Part shown: piece by piece, positions 37,686 through 51,838 of the stretch | How positions within the stretch are numbered: position 1 is the first letter of the stretch | Layout: every line of letters starts with the position of its first letter | DNA from: Felis catus | Lineage: Eukaryota | Direction: 5' to 3' | Length of the DNA stretch: 64,000 nucleotides | Assembly: GCF_018350175.1 (NCBI RefSeq) | Contig: NC_058373.1 | Span: forward strand, 108,130,001 to 108,194,000 | Notes under the pieces: generated by a model | What the model was told of the DNA's origin: nothing | The model's input: only the letters and a program-made list of their open reading frames with translations | The model's database searches: none | Position numbers and translations under genes: made by a program

Positions 37686-38779
37686 CTGTATGTCTGGTTT
37701 AGGAATCTTGGGAACACTGTATACTTGGAAATATGCATTACCTGTTAAAGTTCTATTTAAACTTCCATAACACTTAAAAACTTTTTTGCAAGTGTTTCCA
37801 AGTATTTATGTTAGTTCTTCTCCCCGCCTTCATAGATTTTTTTCTAAATCTCCTAAAAATGAAGGCCAACATTGGATTTAGAGCTTTAAAAGGGGTTCTT
37901 TTCCAGTTAAAACAGTATATCCCTGGGTTATGTTGGCAGCTAGCATCGGTTACTCTTCTTGAGCATCTGTTCTCTCTACTCTCGGGTCCCTTCTTCACAA
38001 TTCCTTACCCTGCTGTTTCCTCCCCAAATAGGCCACTTGTATTTACTTTGGGCATCAGAGACTAGAGTTGTAAACAAATATACTAGGCTTAGAGTTTATT
38101 TCAGTAAGGTATGTGCAAGTAACTTAAAGGTATGTGCAAGGAGTGGCAGTAACTTAAAACATTTTTTGTCTTGACTCCGCAGTTAAGAGTAGATAGTTGC
38201 ATAAATACTTATCTTTGCTAAACATGGTAAGTTGATAAAATACTCCTGGTAAAACATGTGAACCTATACAATAGAAAAACTCCTTTGCTTATGAATTTCT
38301 CCAGGTAAGACTACTGGCCTCTGTCTCAAGGCAAGGCTTCAAGCTGTATGTTAGTCTGATTTTTTGAGGCTTGATTTGTATGAAATCTGTATTTGTGCAG
38401 TCTTTTACCTGAACTGTGGTAGTTTGTTCCTGTAGTCCACTGGAAAGCATTTTGTGCCATTGGGAGAAGGTCCAGTCTTTACCTGGTGATTTCCATTGTC
38501 TGCAGCACTAATGGTGTGTGGGCCCAAAGTTAAGATTTTGTGGTTATATTCTATTGTTGTATATTAAGAATGATGTGTAGGAGGCTGAGGAAGATTAGTC
38601 TTGACTGATGTTTTCTGAAGAACTCCTAACAGTTGATTATGTTTGCTGGTGAAATTAAAAAAAAAAAAACTGTTACCATACAAAGATTTGGATTAGATTA
38701 CTGAGTTTGTTCATAGATACGGCCTCTTAAAATGTAATTTTGAACATAGAGATACTTCTTAAAATAATATATGTTAAAA

Positions 38780-38956
38780 ATTTTTTTTAATGTTTTCTAT
38801 TTTTGAGAGAAGGAAAGGGAGACACAGAATCCGAAGCAGGCTCTAGGCTCTGAGGTGTCAGCACAGAACTTGATGCCGGGCTTGAACTCCTGAGCCTTGA
38901 GATCATGACCTGAGCCAAAGTTGGGACACTTAACTGACTGAACCATCCAGGCACCC
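38780..38956 (-). mobile_element. Can-SINE in intron 1 (antisense)
   Basis: Reverse-complement SINEC; flanking cttaaaata repeat. Confidence 0.88.
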
Positions 38957-39539
38957 TTAAAATACTGTATTTTTATCTAAGATTGTTAATGTAAGTCTGT
39001 TTATAAAGTAGGAGAAAATAATCAAAATTAAATGTGTTGTTAGATAGTTTTCTATTAAGAAGTTGATTTTAATTCATAAGAATGTTCTCTTTTTATCTTG
39101 TTTCTTTTTTTTTAATGATGGGACTAACTATCCAGTTGGTGGATTTAGCCAGCTTTCTGCGACTTGTGGTGTATGTATTGTGTATGTTTTCTGCCTAACT
39201 ACAGAGCTAGAAAAAGAATTTGAAGCTAAGTCAATCATATTGCTCAGTATTTTTGGTAAAAGTTTGGCAAGAATTTTTGAAATAACTAGATCTTGGAATT
39301 TTAAAAATAATTTTATACCTCTCTTTCTTGGAGCATCAAGAATTAACTCTTTTGTATGTATATTGAGATTTAGATTAAAATTCACATTTCTGCAATAAAG
39401 ACTACCAAACCCATATCATTTGCCAGACATGACTCTTTCAGAAAAATGGAATATATAAAATCTACATTTATAAAAACAAAATTTAAGTGATTTTCTCATG
39501 ACTTGTTTTTCCATAGCTTTTGAAGTGATTGTGAGGTTT

Positions 39540-40220
39540 TTTTAAATTGTGGTTAAAAAAAAAAAAAAAACACATAATGTAAAAATTCCCATCTTAAGCA
39601 TTTCTAAGTGTGCAGTTCAAGAGTAAGTGTATTCATGTTGTTGTGTAACTAGAATTTTTTTACCTTGTAAAACTGAAAGCATTAAGCATTTCTCCTAGTT
39701 TCCCCCTCCTAGTTCTTGATGACCATCATTCCACTCTGTTTTTATGAATTTGACTACTGAATACCTTACGTGTGTGGAGTCATAAAGTTTTTGTCTTTTT
39801 GTGACTGGTTTATTTCACTTAGCATAGTGTTGTCAAGATTTATCCATGTTGTAGGCCTGTGTGAAAATTTCCTTATTTTTAAGGCCAATATACACTACAT
39901 TTTGTTCATCCATTCATCTTTCGGTGGACACTTAGGTTGCTTCCACGTGTTGGCTGTTGTGAATAGTACTGTTATGAACACGGATGTACAGATATCTCTT
40001 ATAGATCTTGTTTTCAGTTCTTTTGGATATGTACCCAGAAGTATGTTGCTGGGTCGTATAGTAACTATTTTTAAGTTTTTAAGGAACTGCCATACTGTTT
40101 TCCATAGTGGCTGCACCATTTTATATTTCCACCAACAATGCACAGGGGTTCCTATTACTCCATATCCTCCCCAACATTTGTTAATTTCTGTTTTTGTGAT
40201 AATGACCATTCTAATGGATA
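39540..40220 (-). mobile_element. L1 3' fragment (ORF2 C-terminus and 3' UTR)
   Basis: Minus ORF with [41 protein letters not shown], the L1 ORF2 C-terminal signature. Confidence 0.9.
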
Positions 40221-42324
40221 TGTTCAAGTGGTTGTATTTTAAGGGTTTGTGTGTAATAACCAACTTAAAGTTAACAACAGAGAACAGTTGCCAGGGGAAG
40301 CTTTATCGGACATGAGGTTAAGCTCCTGTAAAATGAGAATTAAGTTTTTCTAGGGACTCAGATTTGATCTGCCAGTACATTTTCAGAAATACTTATTGAT
40401 TAAAATGGCCTGTAACTGTTTTGTTGTTAATAAAGTTACACTTAATTGGTAACTTATTTTAAATGATTTTTAAAAATAATTGAAATGACTTATTTTCATA
40501 AGAAAATCACCTCCAAGATGATACCATTTAGTTCTGGTGATCTCAACTGTTGGAGTATTTCTTCATTTTAAAATTTAAATTTACTTATAATATTAAACAT
40601 AAAGATGATTTCACAGTGTGATTTTCAAAATTTATTGTTTTGCAAGTGGTTCAAAAATCTAGTGATGGAACATAACTTATGGTGGTTCTTCACCTTCTTG
40701 TTTTGAAAGTCACAATATATTTAGGCAAATTAAGTGTCTGCCACTTAATACTGCAATTTTCACTCATTTGTAACAATTTCCTGTGCTGCTTCTCTTTTCC
40801 TAATAGTTTGTGAAAATCTGTTTTGCCAACTGAAAAATAAGATTTAAAGGCAGTAAGTTTAAGTCTTTAAGAGTTCTGATATATTTCTGTTCTTAGAGAT
40901 CTTGTAAATTAAGATGCTAACTAGATTTCTCTAAAGTGACCCTCTCTCCTTTTTTCAATTATAAAATTGAAACATTTCAATGGGCAAGATCACAAATGGG
41001 AATAATTGGAAGCTTGTGGTGTAAAAGAGAATACACACAGTGAGTTCTTAATAAATATTTGAATGAACGAAGAGAAAGCAGAGAAAGATTTTAAGGTTTT
41101 TAAAAGGTTTTTTGGAAGTCATTATTGTCCTCTCTTCTATGTCTTAATTTTCATAGGAATTTTTCTTATGCTTGGAAATGCCTTGTGTTACCTTGGAACT
41201 TCCTTGAATCTTGAAATTTATTTTTTTTGTTATTTCAGAAATGTTTATAGTATCTATTAGAACCAGGCTAAAAAATTTTTGTTAGTAAATACAGCTATAT
41301 CATACATACTTGGCCTTGAAAGTAAATCAGTACCCTATTTTAAGGTATGTTAAAACTTAGTGCTTGCCAATTCTATATTGGAGCACTGAGTAAAAAAAGT
41401 TTACCAAAAGAAGCATATGTATATGACTGCAGGAAATTCGCTAGTTAAATGTATGGAATGTGTCTTTACCTTGTTTCATCTTTAGCAAATGTTTCTTAAG
41501 TCTGCTCTAAACTTTCAGAAAGTTTGGACCAGTTTATAGTCTCCAGCAGTATTGGAGAGTGCCAGTTTCTTGTACTTGGTCATCATTAAAGTTTGCTTCA
41601 AGTATGAAATACTTGAAGTTTATAAGTATATTAGGATGCTTTCTATTGCAGTGAAGAGACATAACTCAAGCTAGTTTAAGGGGGTAAGGCAGTCATGGGC
41701 TTACACATGACAAGATACAACTCAAGCTAGTTTAAAGGGGTTAGGCAGTTAATTGGCTTACACAGTCTAGTTTTGGTTGAGAGAATAGTTAAATCCAGAG
41801 TCTCAAGTGATGTCCTCAGAGTATAATTTCTGACTTTCTCTTGAATATTACTTGGTTTATATGTCTTTGTTCTATATGCATGTTGGCCTTGTTCTGCCAC
41901 TGACCAGCTATCTGTATGGTATGAAAGATGGTACCTAGCATTCCCATGCCTGCATTCATAGAGTTTGTGATTTAAAAAATGAAAAGTATCCATATAGCTG
42001 TCTCCTGGATTAATGCCAGTTTGCCCTGCGTGGACTATTCATTTTTAACCATGTCAGTGGGGTTCCCTGATTACATGAGTCAAATGTCTTATTATAGTAT
42101 TTCATTGTCTTGATGTAGATTATTAATTATCTCCTTATCTAGGACTCTTGGTCATTGCTGGTATTGTAATGAATGGGCTATAGGTTTTTGTTGCAAATCA
42201 TCTGAATACGTATTCTACAGATACCAACCATAATTGTTCTTGCTGTGCACTTTGGGAAGCTTAGAGTCTCTTCTGTGGATTAGGGTTTTCATTTCAGGTT
42301 CCTTAAGAAAGAAGTAGAATGACT

Positions 42325-42545
42325 AATGGCTAAGAACTTAAGTGCTAGAGGCTGGCTGCTTGCTTTGCCACTTACTAGCCATGTGGTCTTGTACAAGTTG
42401 CTTTACCTCTGTAGATCTCACTTTCTTCATCTATAAATTAGGATAAGAATATTTGCCTTTTAGGATCGCTGTGAGGATAAAAAAAGATATTAACTCATGT
42501 GAAACACTCAAGAGTTCTTGGCACAAAGTAGGGGCTTAATAAACT
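42325..42545 (+). mobile_element. MIR remnant
   Basis: tttgccacttactagccatgtggtcttgtacaagttgc..ttcttcatctataaa..gtgaggataa. Confidence 0.7.
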
Positions 42546-42828
42546 AGAAACTATTATTAGGTTCATATTATAATTATTATGTTTTTTCAGAAGAGTTTCA
42601 CTCTTTTGAAGTCTCATATTTAGAATCATTCAAGCCTTCTTTGGGACAGTCTAAGAACGGATGGTATCTTTTGGGCCACACCATTAGTAAACCTGTAATA
42701 GTAGTAGAATATTGGTGATGCTTTTCCTGTACATTGGTTTTTTTTTCTCCACGAATGCCTGGCCTTTGCAGGTTAAATAAAGATATTTGTGTGTGTGTGT
42801 AGATATGCTGTTTTAAAATATTTTTTCT

Positions 42829-43003
42829 GGGGTGCTTGGGTGGCTCAGTTGGTTAAGCGTCTAACTCCTGGTTTTGGCTCAGGTCATGATCTCGCTGTTC
42901 ATTAGTTTGAGCTTCACGTTGGGCTCTGTGCTGACAATGTGGAGCCTGCTTGGGATTCTCTCTCTCCCTCTCTCTGCCTCTCCCCTGCTCATGCGCGCGC
43001 GTG

Positions 43004-43045
<42 letters not shown>

Positions 43046-43082
43046 AAATAAATAAATAAATAAATAAATAAATCAAAAAAAC
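42829..43082 (+). mobile_element. Can-SINE with (CT)n and (TAAA)n
   Basis: Canonical head and tail. Confidence 0.9.
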
Positions 43083-45239
43083 GTTTTAAAGTAATCATTC
43101 TTCATAGTGATGATGGTAGAGGAAAAAAAAATATTCACAAGGCTCTTTATTTGGCTGTTAGAGGATGGCAAATTAAGAAAGCCTACTTTTCCATACTCTT
43201 TTGGTGTCAGGAAATCATTAAATGTCTTTTAATCCGTTTGCAGAGGAGAGTTGGAAATTGCTTGCCTTTGCAGATAACATAGCTAAAATGTTTAAATGGG
43301 TTATATATGTCAAACCAGTAGTCAAAGCCTTCACTGTGAATCGAGGAAGTACTATTTTTCTTGGGTAATGTGAGCAAGTTGATTTATTTCAGTGGTTCAA
43401 AAAATTTTTTTCAACCCAGGACCATTGCTCCAGCACCTAACCACTTGACCTGTAACAGATTATTGTATATTCATTTGTTTAGCAGATATTTGTGCATCTA
43501 ATTTGTCAAGCAGAGCATTGAGTTGTTGATGGCTCAGGCCACAGTTGAGTAATTAGTTTTTGATGCATCTGTTATGTAGTCCATCTTTTATTTTTTAGTA
43601 CAGTGATTTCAAGTTTGGGGTTCTTGCAAAATGTAGACCAGGATTTAAGTTTTGTTATTAATACCAATCATCACGGAAGCATCCTCTATAATTGTATTTA
43701 CTTATGTGGCCAGTCTGCTTTGAGAATTTTGACATACACAGAAGCACTCTCATAAAACAGTCTATTCATTTTTGGCAGCTTTAAATGTTAGAAAGTTCTT
43801 TTGTTCCAGTATTTCTTGACACTGACCAATGTTTAGATCTCTTTTGGATCAAAGCAATCCCTGTGAACCTTTGAGATGTACCGTCTGAGTGTGCACTTTA
43901 AAAAAATGTAACTATTCCTTTTAGTGATCATTTGGTACCAATTTGATCATAAACACATGCAACCTCAAACATAGAAAGTTTGTGGCAACAATATAGACTT
44001 ATGTAGAGATTATTTAGATGATCCAGAATATGATTTTTTCCCTTTTTCTTACATTGCCACCAGAACGGGAACACAATTTAAAAATTCATAAAGTTTACCT
44101 TCAATACTGTTTTAACTCTGTTGAGCAAAAAGCCTGCCATCTTTTAATTCCCATGTATTACTCTCTGCATTTGAAAAAAATCACTGAATCTGTATGACAT
44201 CCTTTTCAAATACCTGAAGGTAGTTATTTCTATTCCTAAGTAAAAACATCCCCAAATTTCTTTAATTTTTCCATTTAAAAATTATTGAGCATCTGATTTG
44301 TGGAAAGGCATAGGCTATATTAAATATGGGAGCTTCAGTCTTCGGTGGAATCTGAGCCCTGCCACTTACTAGTGTTACTTCCTTTATATAAAGGAAACAG
44401 GACCGGGGGATTCATTGGGAAAATTTATTGGGTAACATTGGATAGGATTGATTAATGTAGGTGGAGGACCGAGACATTTGCTTAGGAGAGCTTTTTCTTT
44501 GTCATTGTTTCCAGGATCTTCATTATGGTCAGGGTTTAGAACTAAATAAAAATCTTCAGCTTGTGATTTCTATGTCTACACCTTTATTTCAATACATGTG
44601 AATTTTTTTATTAAGTACTTATTGTAACTTACATATTTTCTGTTATATTTAAGCAAGTAATTAAGGGCACATTCTTCTGAATACATACATCCACACACAC
44701 ACACATGTAGTGTCATTGACCTTCTTTAAGTTCCAGTGTCAGTTCTATTAATATAATAAAGAAAACAAAATCATTTACAAGCTGAGGTGGCTAAAACGTA
44801 AAGGGAGAAGAGTAATAGAGGAGGTGATGTGCTTTGGGGAAAGCCATTAACACATAGCTGTTACTCAGGGACAGTGATTCTCAACCCCTTTGATGTTTGT
44901 GACATTCATAAAGAGATTTAAAGGTGAATTTTAAAAATTGTTTAAAAGGTTTGAAAAAAATCATTCTATGGTTATTATGTTTTTTAATTGGTCATCTTTG
45001 AAGCCTAATTATGCTCTTGTATTTTATTACTCATTTGTCACTGAGCTGTACCATTCATTAGCTTCTTATTCCTAGCAATTGTGCCTCATTCTACATAGCA
45101 TCGCCCAACCCACTGAGTGCAGTGTTCTGCCTGACAAACATAGTTGTCTAGTATGTATATGTAGTTGCAGCTAAAAATAAATTTTTCTTATTTTTCAAAA
45201 TTTGCTGGCTAACCTATTAAATCTCTGCTATAAGACCTG

Positions 45240-45940
45240 CTGGTGGTTCTCAAATTTCTGTGACTTAATCACCTGGGTGTTTACTTAATATAAGGATTCC
45301 CAGGTACCCACCTGTAGACATTCAGATTTGATAATTTTGGGATGAGATTCAGGAATTTTTAAACTTTACAAGCACTGATAGATGAAATACAAACTTTGAA
45401 TAGCTCAGAGTGCTAAACAGAATCATCTGAGAGATTGTTTTTTGAAAGACACATTCCAGGTCTACCATTTGAATTTCCAGGGTTGGGATTTAAGCACAAA
45501 TACCTGGGAAGAAAGTTCCATTACTGATGATGATGTATATCACAGATCAGCCAGTGTCTAATCTAGTCTAAGTCCTTAGTGTATTTTGTAGTTTTTGAGT
45601 TCCTAAGTATTTGGCAATGCTAATATATGAGAGATTGGATATGTTTCCTGTACATGTAAAGCATTTGGGCAGATTGAAAAAAAAAAAAAAGTTAACCATT
45701 TTTGGGTGTTGAACAGTCTTTTACTTCTCTGGGAATTTTTGAAAGACACATAAAGTATTTTCTTAGAGTAGAGGGGCTCAAAGTATTCTCCAGAGCAGCA
45801 TCATTGGTACCTACCTGCTAACTTGTTACAAATGGAGGTTCTCAGGCCCCATCCAGCTCTCCTGGATCAAAAACCCTGGGTAAGGCCCAATAATCTGTTT
45901 CCAGAATCCTGCCAGTTGATTGTGATACAAGCTAAAATTA
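45240..45940. mobile_element. Cluster of MER5-like (hAT-Charlie) relics
   Basis: gtggttctcaaa..aatcacctggg, cagaatcatctgagag, ctcaaagt..cagcatca..ctcaggccccatccag motifs. Confidence 0.55.
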
Positions 45941-47469
45941 GAGTAATACCTTCACATACACATTTTTGGTTTTATATATCTAGTACTTCATATATAGCAG
46001 AGGATCAAAGACTTTTTTGAGAGGCCCAATACCAATTCTGAACCAGGAGAGAGATGATGTAAATCACTAGTTAGGAATAATCTAAAAACAAAAGCATATT
46101 CCTTTTACAGACAGAACTTTAGTACATAATATTGTCAACAGATGTAAATCTGTTAGCTAATTAATAAGTTTATTTAATGTATAAATAGAACATTTTCACA
46201 TTAATGCTACTCCAGATGTGATACATATTTTTTTTTCAGAATGTACCCTGAATTTAAAACAGTAAATCTTTCTTCCCTGTTTATTTTACTGCAGCATTAG
46301 AAAATCGAATATTAGGCATTTCTGTGAGGTTATTTGAAGGAGAATAATCTATCTTTTCCCTAATTGTGGATATTTACAAGATATTGCCAAGCTAGTAAGA
46401 TAGTAAACACTTAAACCAAGAAATTTAAGTTCCTTTCAAAACTCAAATAAGTATATGTATACTGAGTATTTTTCTTTGGAAACCATTTCACTTGATTTTA
46501 TAATTTCAGATTAATTATGAAATGCCAAATTTAAAAGCCAATAATTAGATGAGAACGAGAGACTGAAAATATTGAATTATATTGCTTACTCAGTCACCAC
46601 TTTCCGTTTCTCTGAAAGAAATATGATTATTCCTGCTTCATTTCCAAAATGAAGAAAACATTTAATTCCTTTCTAATTAGTCTTTCTGGAAAACAAATTG
46701 AAACATTAGATGACTACTTCTTTCAGACTTTTCTGACAAATGCAGGTACATAATAGTATCAGTTCACCGATGAATTTTGAAGTACAAAATATTCTGGGAT
46801 CTTGCCATCTTGAAACTATGAATTTGCTAACTGTATATTGTGTTTTTCAGGTTTTATCTAAGCATTTGTAAGTTACATGTCTGTATGTATATGTGTACAT
46901 ATACACATACTGATTTACATATGTACACAGGTATTATACACAGAGAAAAATGGATTCGTATTCAAATTTTGTTGTATACCCTTTTCACAATACTATACTG
47001 TAACATCTTCTATAAGCACAGATTAATTTTTGTAGACTTTTTTCTTGTGTCTTAAATTTTTGTTATTTGATTTTATGGAAAGATTTTTCCTAGGGCAAAT
47101 GTGTCAGTTAGGGATTGACCTACTAACTGCTGCTGAATAAAGACAAGAAACATAATGGTATATTTGTCCTAGAATGTAAGCTCCATGGGACAAGTAACAT
47201 GGTCTGTTTTGTTAATCAGCCTTGCTGAGAACAGTATATGGCTCAATGGAGATGACTAAGAAATACTTGTTGAATAAATGAATAATATTCTTTAACATGA
47301 ATATCCTAAAGGTTCATTTTTAAGTTTATTAGAAGTTAGAAGACATTTTCCTGGAGAAAATAGTTATAAATAATAACTAGCTGTCCTGAAAATGTAATTC
47401 ATGTTTAATTTTAAATGTCACTGTTTGCAGTTTTTTTCCATTAAGTAAGGATATATATTTTTAAACATT

Positions 47470-47553
47470 AGTACTATATTGCATTTATCAAAAAAAATCC
47501 GTATATAAGTGGATCTACACATTTCAGATCTGTGCTGTTCAAAGGTCATGTGT
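47470..47553. mobile_element. Tigger/MER8-like DNA transposon end
   Basis: aaaaatccgtatataagtggatctacac..tgctgttcaaaggtca resembles a TcMar-Tigger terminal sequence. Confidence 0.55.
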
Positions 47554-47951
47554 ATGTAGCAAAATAACCAGAGTGGTGAAATTTAGGGGAGAAGAACAGT
47601 TTTGGAAGACAGAGTAGAGAAAAAATAATGCTGGGTTGAATCTTAAAAGTTTCTCACATAAATTTGCCAAGTCACATACTGAGAAGGGTACCTCAGGCTG
47701 AGAGAGACTGAGCGAGAAAGGAATGAAATATGTTGAGTAACTGCAGTGTGACCAAAGGAATAGGGAATAATGAAGATGAAGAGATGGACAGGGAACTAGC
47801 TAAGGGAGGGTTTCTTTAGAAAATAGATTTTGTCCTGTGTACATTTGATGGGACTTTAAGCAGGGCATAATATGAGATTTCTGACTGTGGAATGATAATT
47901 GGGTAGATATTTGGGTGAAATTAAAGCACAGTAATAGTGAAATAGTTCAGT

Positions 47952-48136
47952 CAGTGGTTCCCAGATCTAACTGTGTATCATATGCATCTTGGGAGTTTTA
48001 CAAACCCAGAATTTTGGGCCCTGCTTCAGATCTACTGAATCAGAATTTACGAAGGTGGAGCCCAGAAGTTTGGAATGTTGAATGCCCCTAAATAATTATG
48101 ATGCACCTAGACCAGCATTTGAAAATATAGCACTAG
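47952..48136. mobile_element. MER5-like DNA transposon relic
   Basis: cagtggttccca..ctactgaatcagaattt..gtggagcccag..ttatgatgcac. Confidence 0.65.
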
Positions 48137-48924
48137 GTAACTATTTCTACAGTAGGCTAAGTGGGAGGCTATCCTGCTTGTCACTATATTCCTTATAACT
48201 TGAACAGTGCATGGTAAATGCTCAATAAATATTTATGTAACAAATATTTCTTGAATGAAAGAAGTTATTCTGAGGTTCAGGAAGTCCACTTCCCATCTTG
48301 TGTTTTGGTTCTCTATAGAGTTGTTTTCATGAACTGAGCTAATACATGAAAGTGTTTAACATAGTGCCCGATACACATTAAGTGCTCAATAAATGGTAGA
48401 AGGGGAAGATTTTCTTCGTCTTTTTTCTCTTACGTTACTTTGTGTGATTAGGTATCTTGGCAATTTAGCTGATGCTTAGCCAGCTTTGAAGTGAGTATGC
48501 AGATTGGTTTTACTTTGGGGATCCAGATGTGGAGCAAATAAAACACCAGCAATAGTGAGCTGTTTGAGTACAGTCTGGTGGGATTATATGAGGTAGATTG
48601 AATTACTGTCCTCTGATTCTCTCCCCTTAGTGGTTGGCAGTATCCACTAAAGGCTGTATTGCTTTGAAGAGCTGGTAGACAGTGGAGCCCAGAGCATCGC
48701 CATTGTAGGTGCTTTTGAATTAGGATTTTGGATTTATAAGTGGATACCAGGAAAGAGCCTGCCCATGAGTGCTTCTGAATGGCTTAGAGTCAAGTTCTAA
48801 ATTCCAGAGCCAACCCCTCTACCTCTCCTTTATGTCTTGGGAGATGTGTAGACGAATTTTGAACTTTATAATGCCTGGATATATGTATACTTACCTTAGT
48901 AATTAGAATTGAATTTCTGAGAGG

Positions 48925-49110
48925 TAGCATAGTCTGTTGTTAACAGCATAGTTTTTAGAGCCAGACTGCTTGAGTTTGAATAAAGCTGTGCCACTTATTA
49001 ACTCTATAAACTTGGGTAAGTTATTTAACCAGGTTCCTTATTTGTAACATGGTGATGATAATAAAAATTAAGTTAATTGATGAGAAATGTTTAGAGTACC
49101 ACTGTGTACA
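48925..49110 (+). mobile_element. MIR remnant
   Basis: agagccagactgcttgagtttgaat..gccacttatta..cttgggtaagttatttaacc. Confidence 0.7.
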
Positions 49111-49589
49111 TAGTATAATCACCTTGTATAGGAGTTTGGATTAAAGCTGCAGGCCAAAATGCCAACTAAGAACATGAAAATTTCCTTGGAATTTCCTCTG
49201 GCCTGAGATTTTAAGAAGTGCAGGGCAGTTAAAACAGTGAGATGTACAATTTTTCACCTATCAGCTTCACAAAAATTAAAAAGGTAAAAAAGACCCATAA
49301 TATATATATTACAGCAGAGTGCGTGGAGAAATAGATAAACACATTCATGAATTTACAGAGACAAAAATAGTTACAGACCTTTTTGGAAAGGTACATTTAA
49401 ATGCCACATCCTTTAGATCATGGAATTTCACTTCAGAAGTTCTGTCCTGTAGAAATACCAACATAAGAAGTGGAAAACAACAACTTGTACCTTCAAAGCC
49501 AGAAAGAGTTTTTAAAGCAGCAAATAATAGATTTGAGAGACTTTTTAAAAAAAATGTATTCATTAACTTTATTAGAATAGGATGAATCA

Positions 49590-49830
49590 GGGTGCCTAGG
49601 TGGCTCAGTCGGTTAAGCATCCGACTTCAGCTCAGGTCATGATCTCGTGGCTCATGAGTTCGAGCCCCACATCTAGCTCTGTGCTGACAGCTCGGAGCCT
49701 GGAGCCTGCTTCAGAATCTGACTGCCCCACCTCTCTGTCCCCTCCCCAGCTCATGCCCTGTCTCTGTCTCTCAAAAAATAAGTAAACGTTAAAAAAGAAA
49801 AAAGTAAAAAAAAAAAAAAAAAAAAAAAGG
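49590..49830 (+). mobile_element. Can-SINE in intron 1 with long A tail
   Basis: Canonical SINEC_Fc-type; TSD aggatgaatca(g) at 49579-49590 and 49831-49842. Confidence 0.93.
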
Positions 49831-51654
49831 AGGATGAATCAGTTCTTAACGTTTTGAATGATTGGCTCTAACTTCAGGTCTTAAAGTCACATGTATTTAT
49901 AATCAGGAATGTTAATAGGCTTTTCTTTTATAATTAGACAACAAAAAGAGATGAATTAAAATATCTGCAATTATTTTGTGTTCTTGTTAATCTAAAGAAT
50001 ACTAAGCATTCTCTGTAAAATGGCTATTGCCATTCAACTTTGTATACAAGAAGGTTAGTGACAGCGGCTCATTTTCCTAAGTGTATTTTCTATACAAAAT
50101 GATTTCAAGATATAATTTAGTTAGCTTCTTGTCCAGTGCTGTATGTTAAATAATATGAAATAGTAAGTGTGTGAAAACTACAGTACCACAAAGATCAACT
50201 TATTTTGCTATTTTCCTCAAATGTTAGTCCTAAAACAGTCATAGAGATGGGTAAGCAAACTATTGAAAAGATAGATTTTTTACTATACTCTTAACTGATT
50301 TCTACTAAGATGTGAAATAGCACTTTATACAGACATGTCAGTGCAGAACTTTACTTGATTTGTACTTAATTAAAAACAAAGGTGGAATTGATAATTTAGA
50401 GAAATACAGTACCTTATTTGCATGCAGAAAATCTGCCCATTTTCTTCTGATCTACAAAAACTTTTATTTCGCAATCTAAGTAGTAAGTAAATAAATAGTA
50501 CAGGATTCATTCTGTGGGACCCAGATGCTGTGGTTTGCCCGAAATAATTTCTTGGCTAGTACTTTAATTCTGTGGGGTATGACCGGATAAAAAGAGCCTT
50601 CTGAGGAGACAAGAAGCTGAGCCGTGCTGATGCTGAAACTCATAAGAACTTTGTTGGTTATAGCTTTAAGCTAAGAAATGTTTTAAGAGCCCCCATAGTC
50701 ACATGTGTGAAGAACATCATATAAATTACTATATTAAATCTTTATTATAGGTCTCCTGATTGCTTTATGTCTAGATAGATTATGTAATATAGGACACAAT
50801 GATTTTCATCACCTTCATCTAATTTAGGTTTGTCAACTCTTGAAATACCCTGTTACTTGTTTTATTGAGGCTTATTTTTCTTTGAGAATTCTGGCTCATG
50901 CTCAAATTCTTACTCTCCTAGTCTTCACTGCTTAAGTATATTATGCTATAAATGTTTTATCCGGGCTCACATTTCTTATGGATTTGTCTTATAAATTTAG
51001 TTGCCACATCTTTAACAATATTATCCTCAGAGTTCTGGATAATACAAGTGTTTCTAAAGGTGTAATCACCATGGTTAGCTAGATCAGATACCCTTTAAAA
51101 GCATATAGCAGGTAATAAAAGGATTTAAATTTTTTACCAAGTAAAAATTTGGATAGTCATTTGTTGGTAGCTTTAATTTGGTTGAGTAATTAACAAAAGA
51201 AGCCTAGTAAGTTTGATGAAAGTTGTTGATAAAATTCTGATCACCTGGACTAATTGTGACATTTGAACTAATATTCAGGTCAGTTGGTCATCACACTTTT
51301 TTTGCTGGCTTTACTTGAACCAGATAGTAATCTGATTTCCACTATCATCCCTTCCTCTCACTTGCCAATTCAGAGGGGAAAGAGAGGAAAGTTAGATGCT
51401 AGAGCCAATAGGGACATATTGGATCTCTCTCCCCTAGAAACTCTGGTATGTGTATAAAATAGATTTTGAAAACTTTTATTATTTTACATTTTATTCTAAG
51501 TTCAAATTTAAACATTCATTAAAAGTTAACGAGAACAGTGAGGCAGTTCTAATGCACATAAAAAATGAAGTTGCAGACTGTTGACATTATTGAATTTTCA
51601 TGGTAGCCTCAGAGTCTAATTTATTTTCATGTTTTTTAAAAATTATACAGCATT

Positions 51655-51838
51655 GGGGTGCCTGGATGGCTCAGTTGGTTAAGCGTCTGACTCTTGATTT
51701 TGGTTCAGGTCATGATCTCACGGCCCGTGAGTTCGAGCCCCGTGTCGGGCTGCACATTTGACAGTGTGGCGCCTGCTTGGGATTCTCTCTCTTCCTGTCT
51801 CTCTGTCCCCCCCCCCCAAAATAAATAAACTTAAAAAT
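51655..51838 (+). mobile_element. Can-SINE in intron 1
   Basis: Canonical head, B-box gagttcgagccc, short tail. Confidence 0.9.

Noticed and set aside
39770..40315. 181-aa and 122-aa overlapping ORFs in intron 1
   Set aside because: L1 ORF2 3' remnant and its antisense frame.
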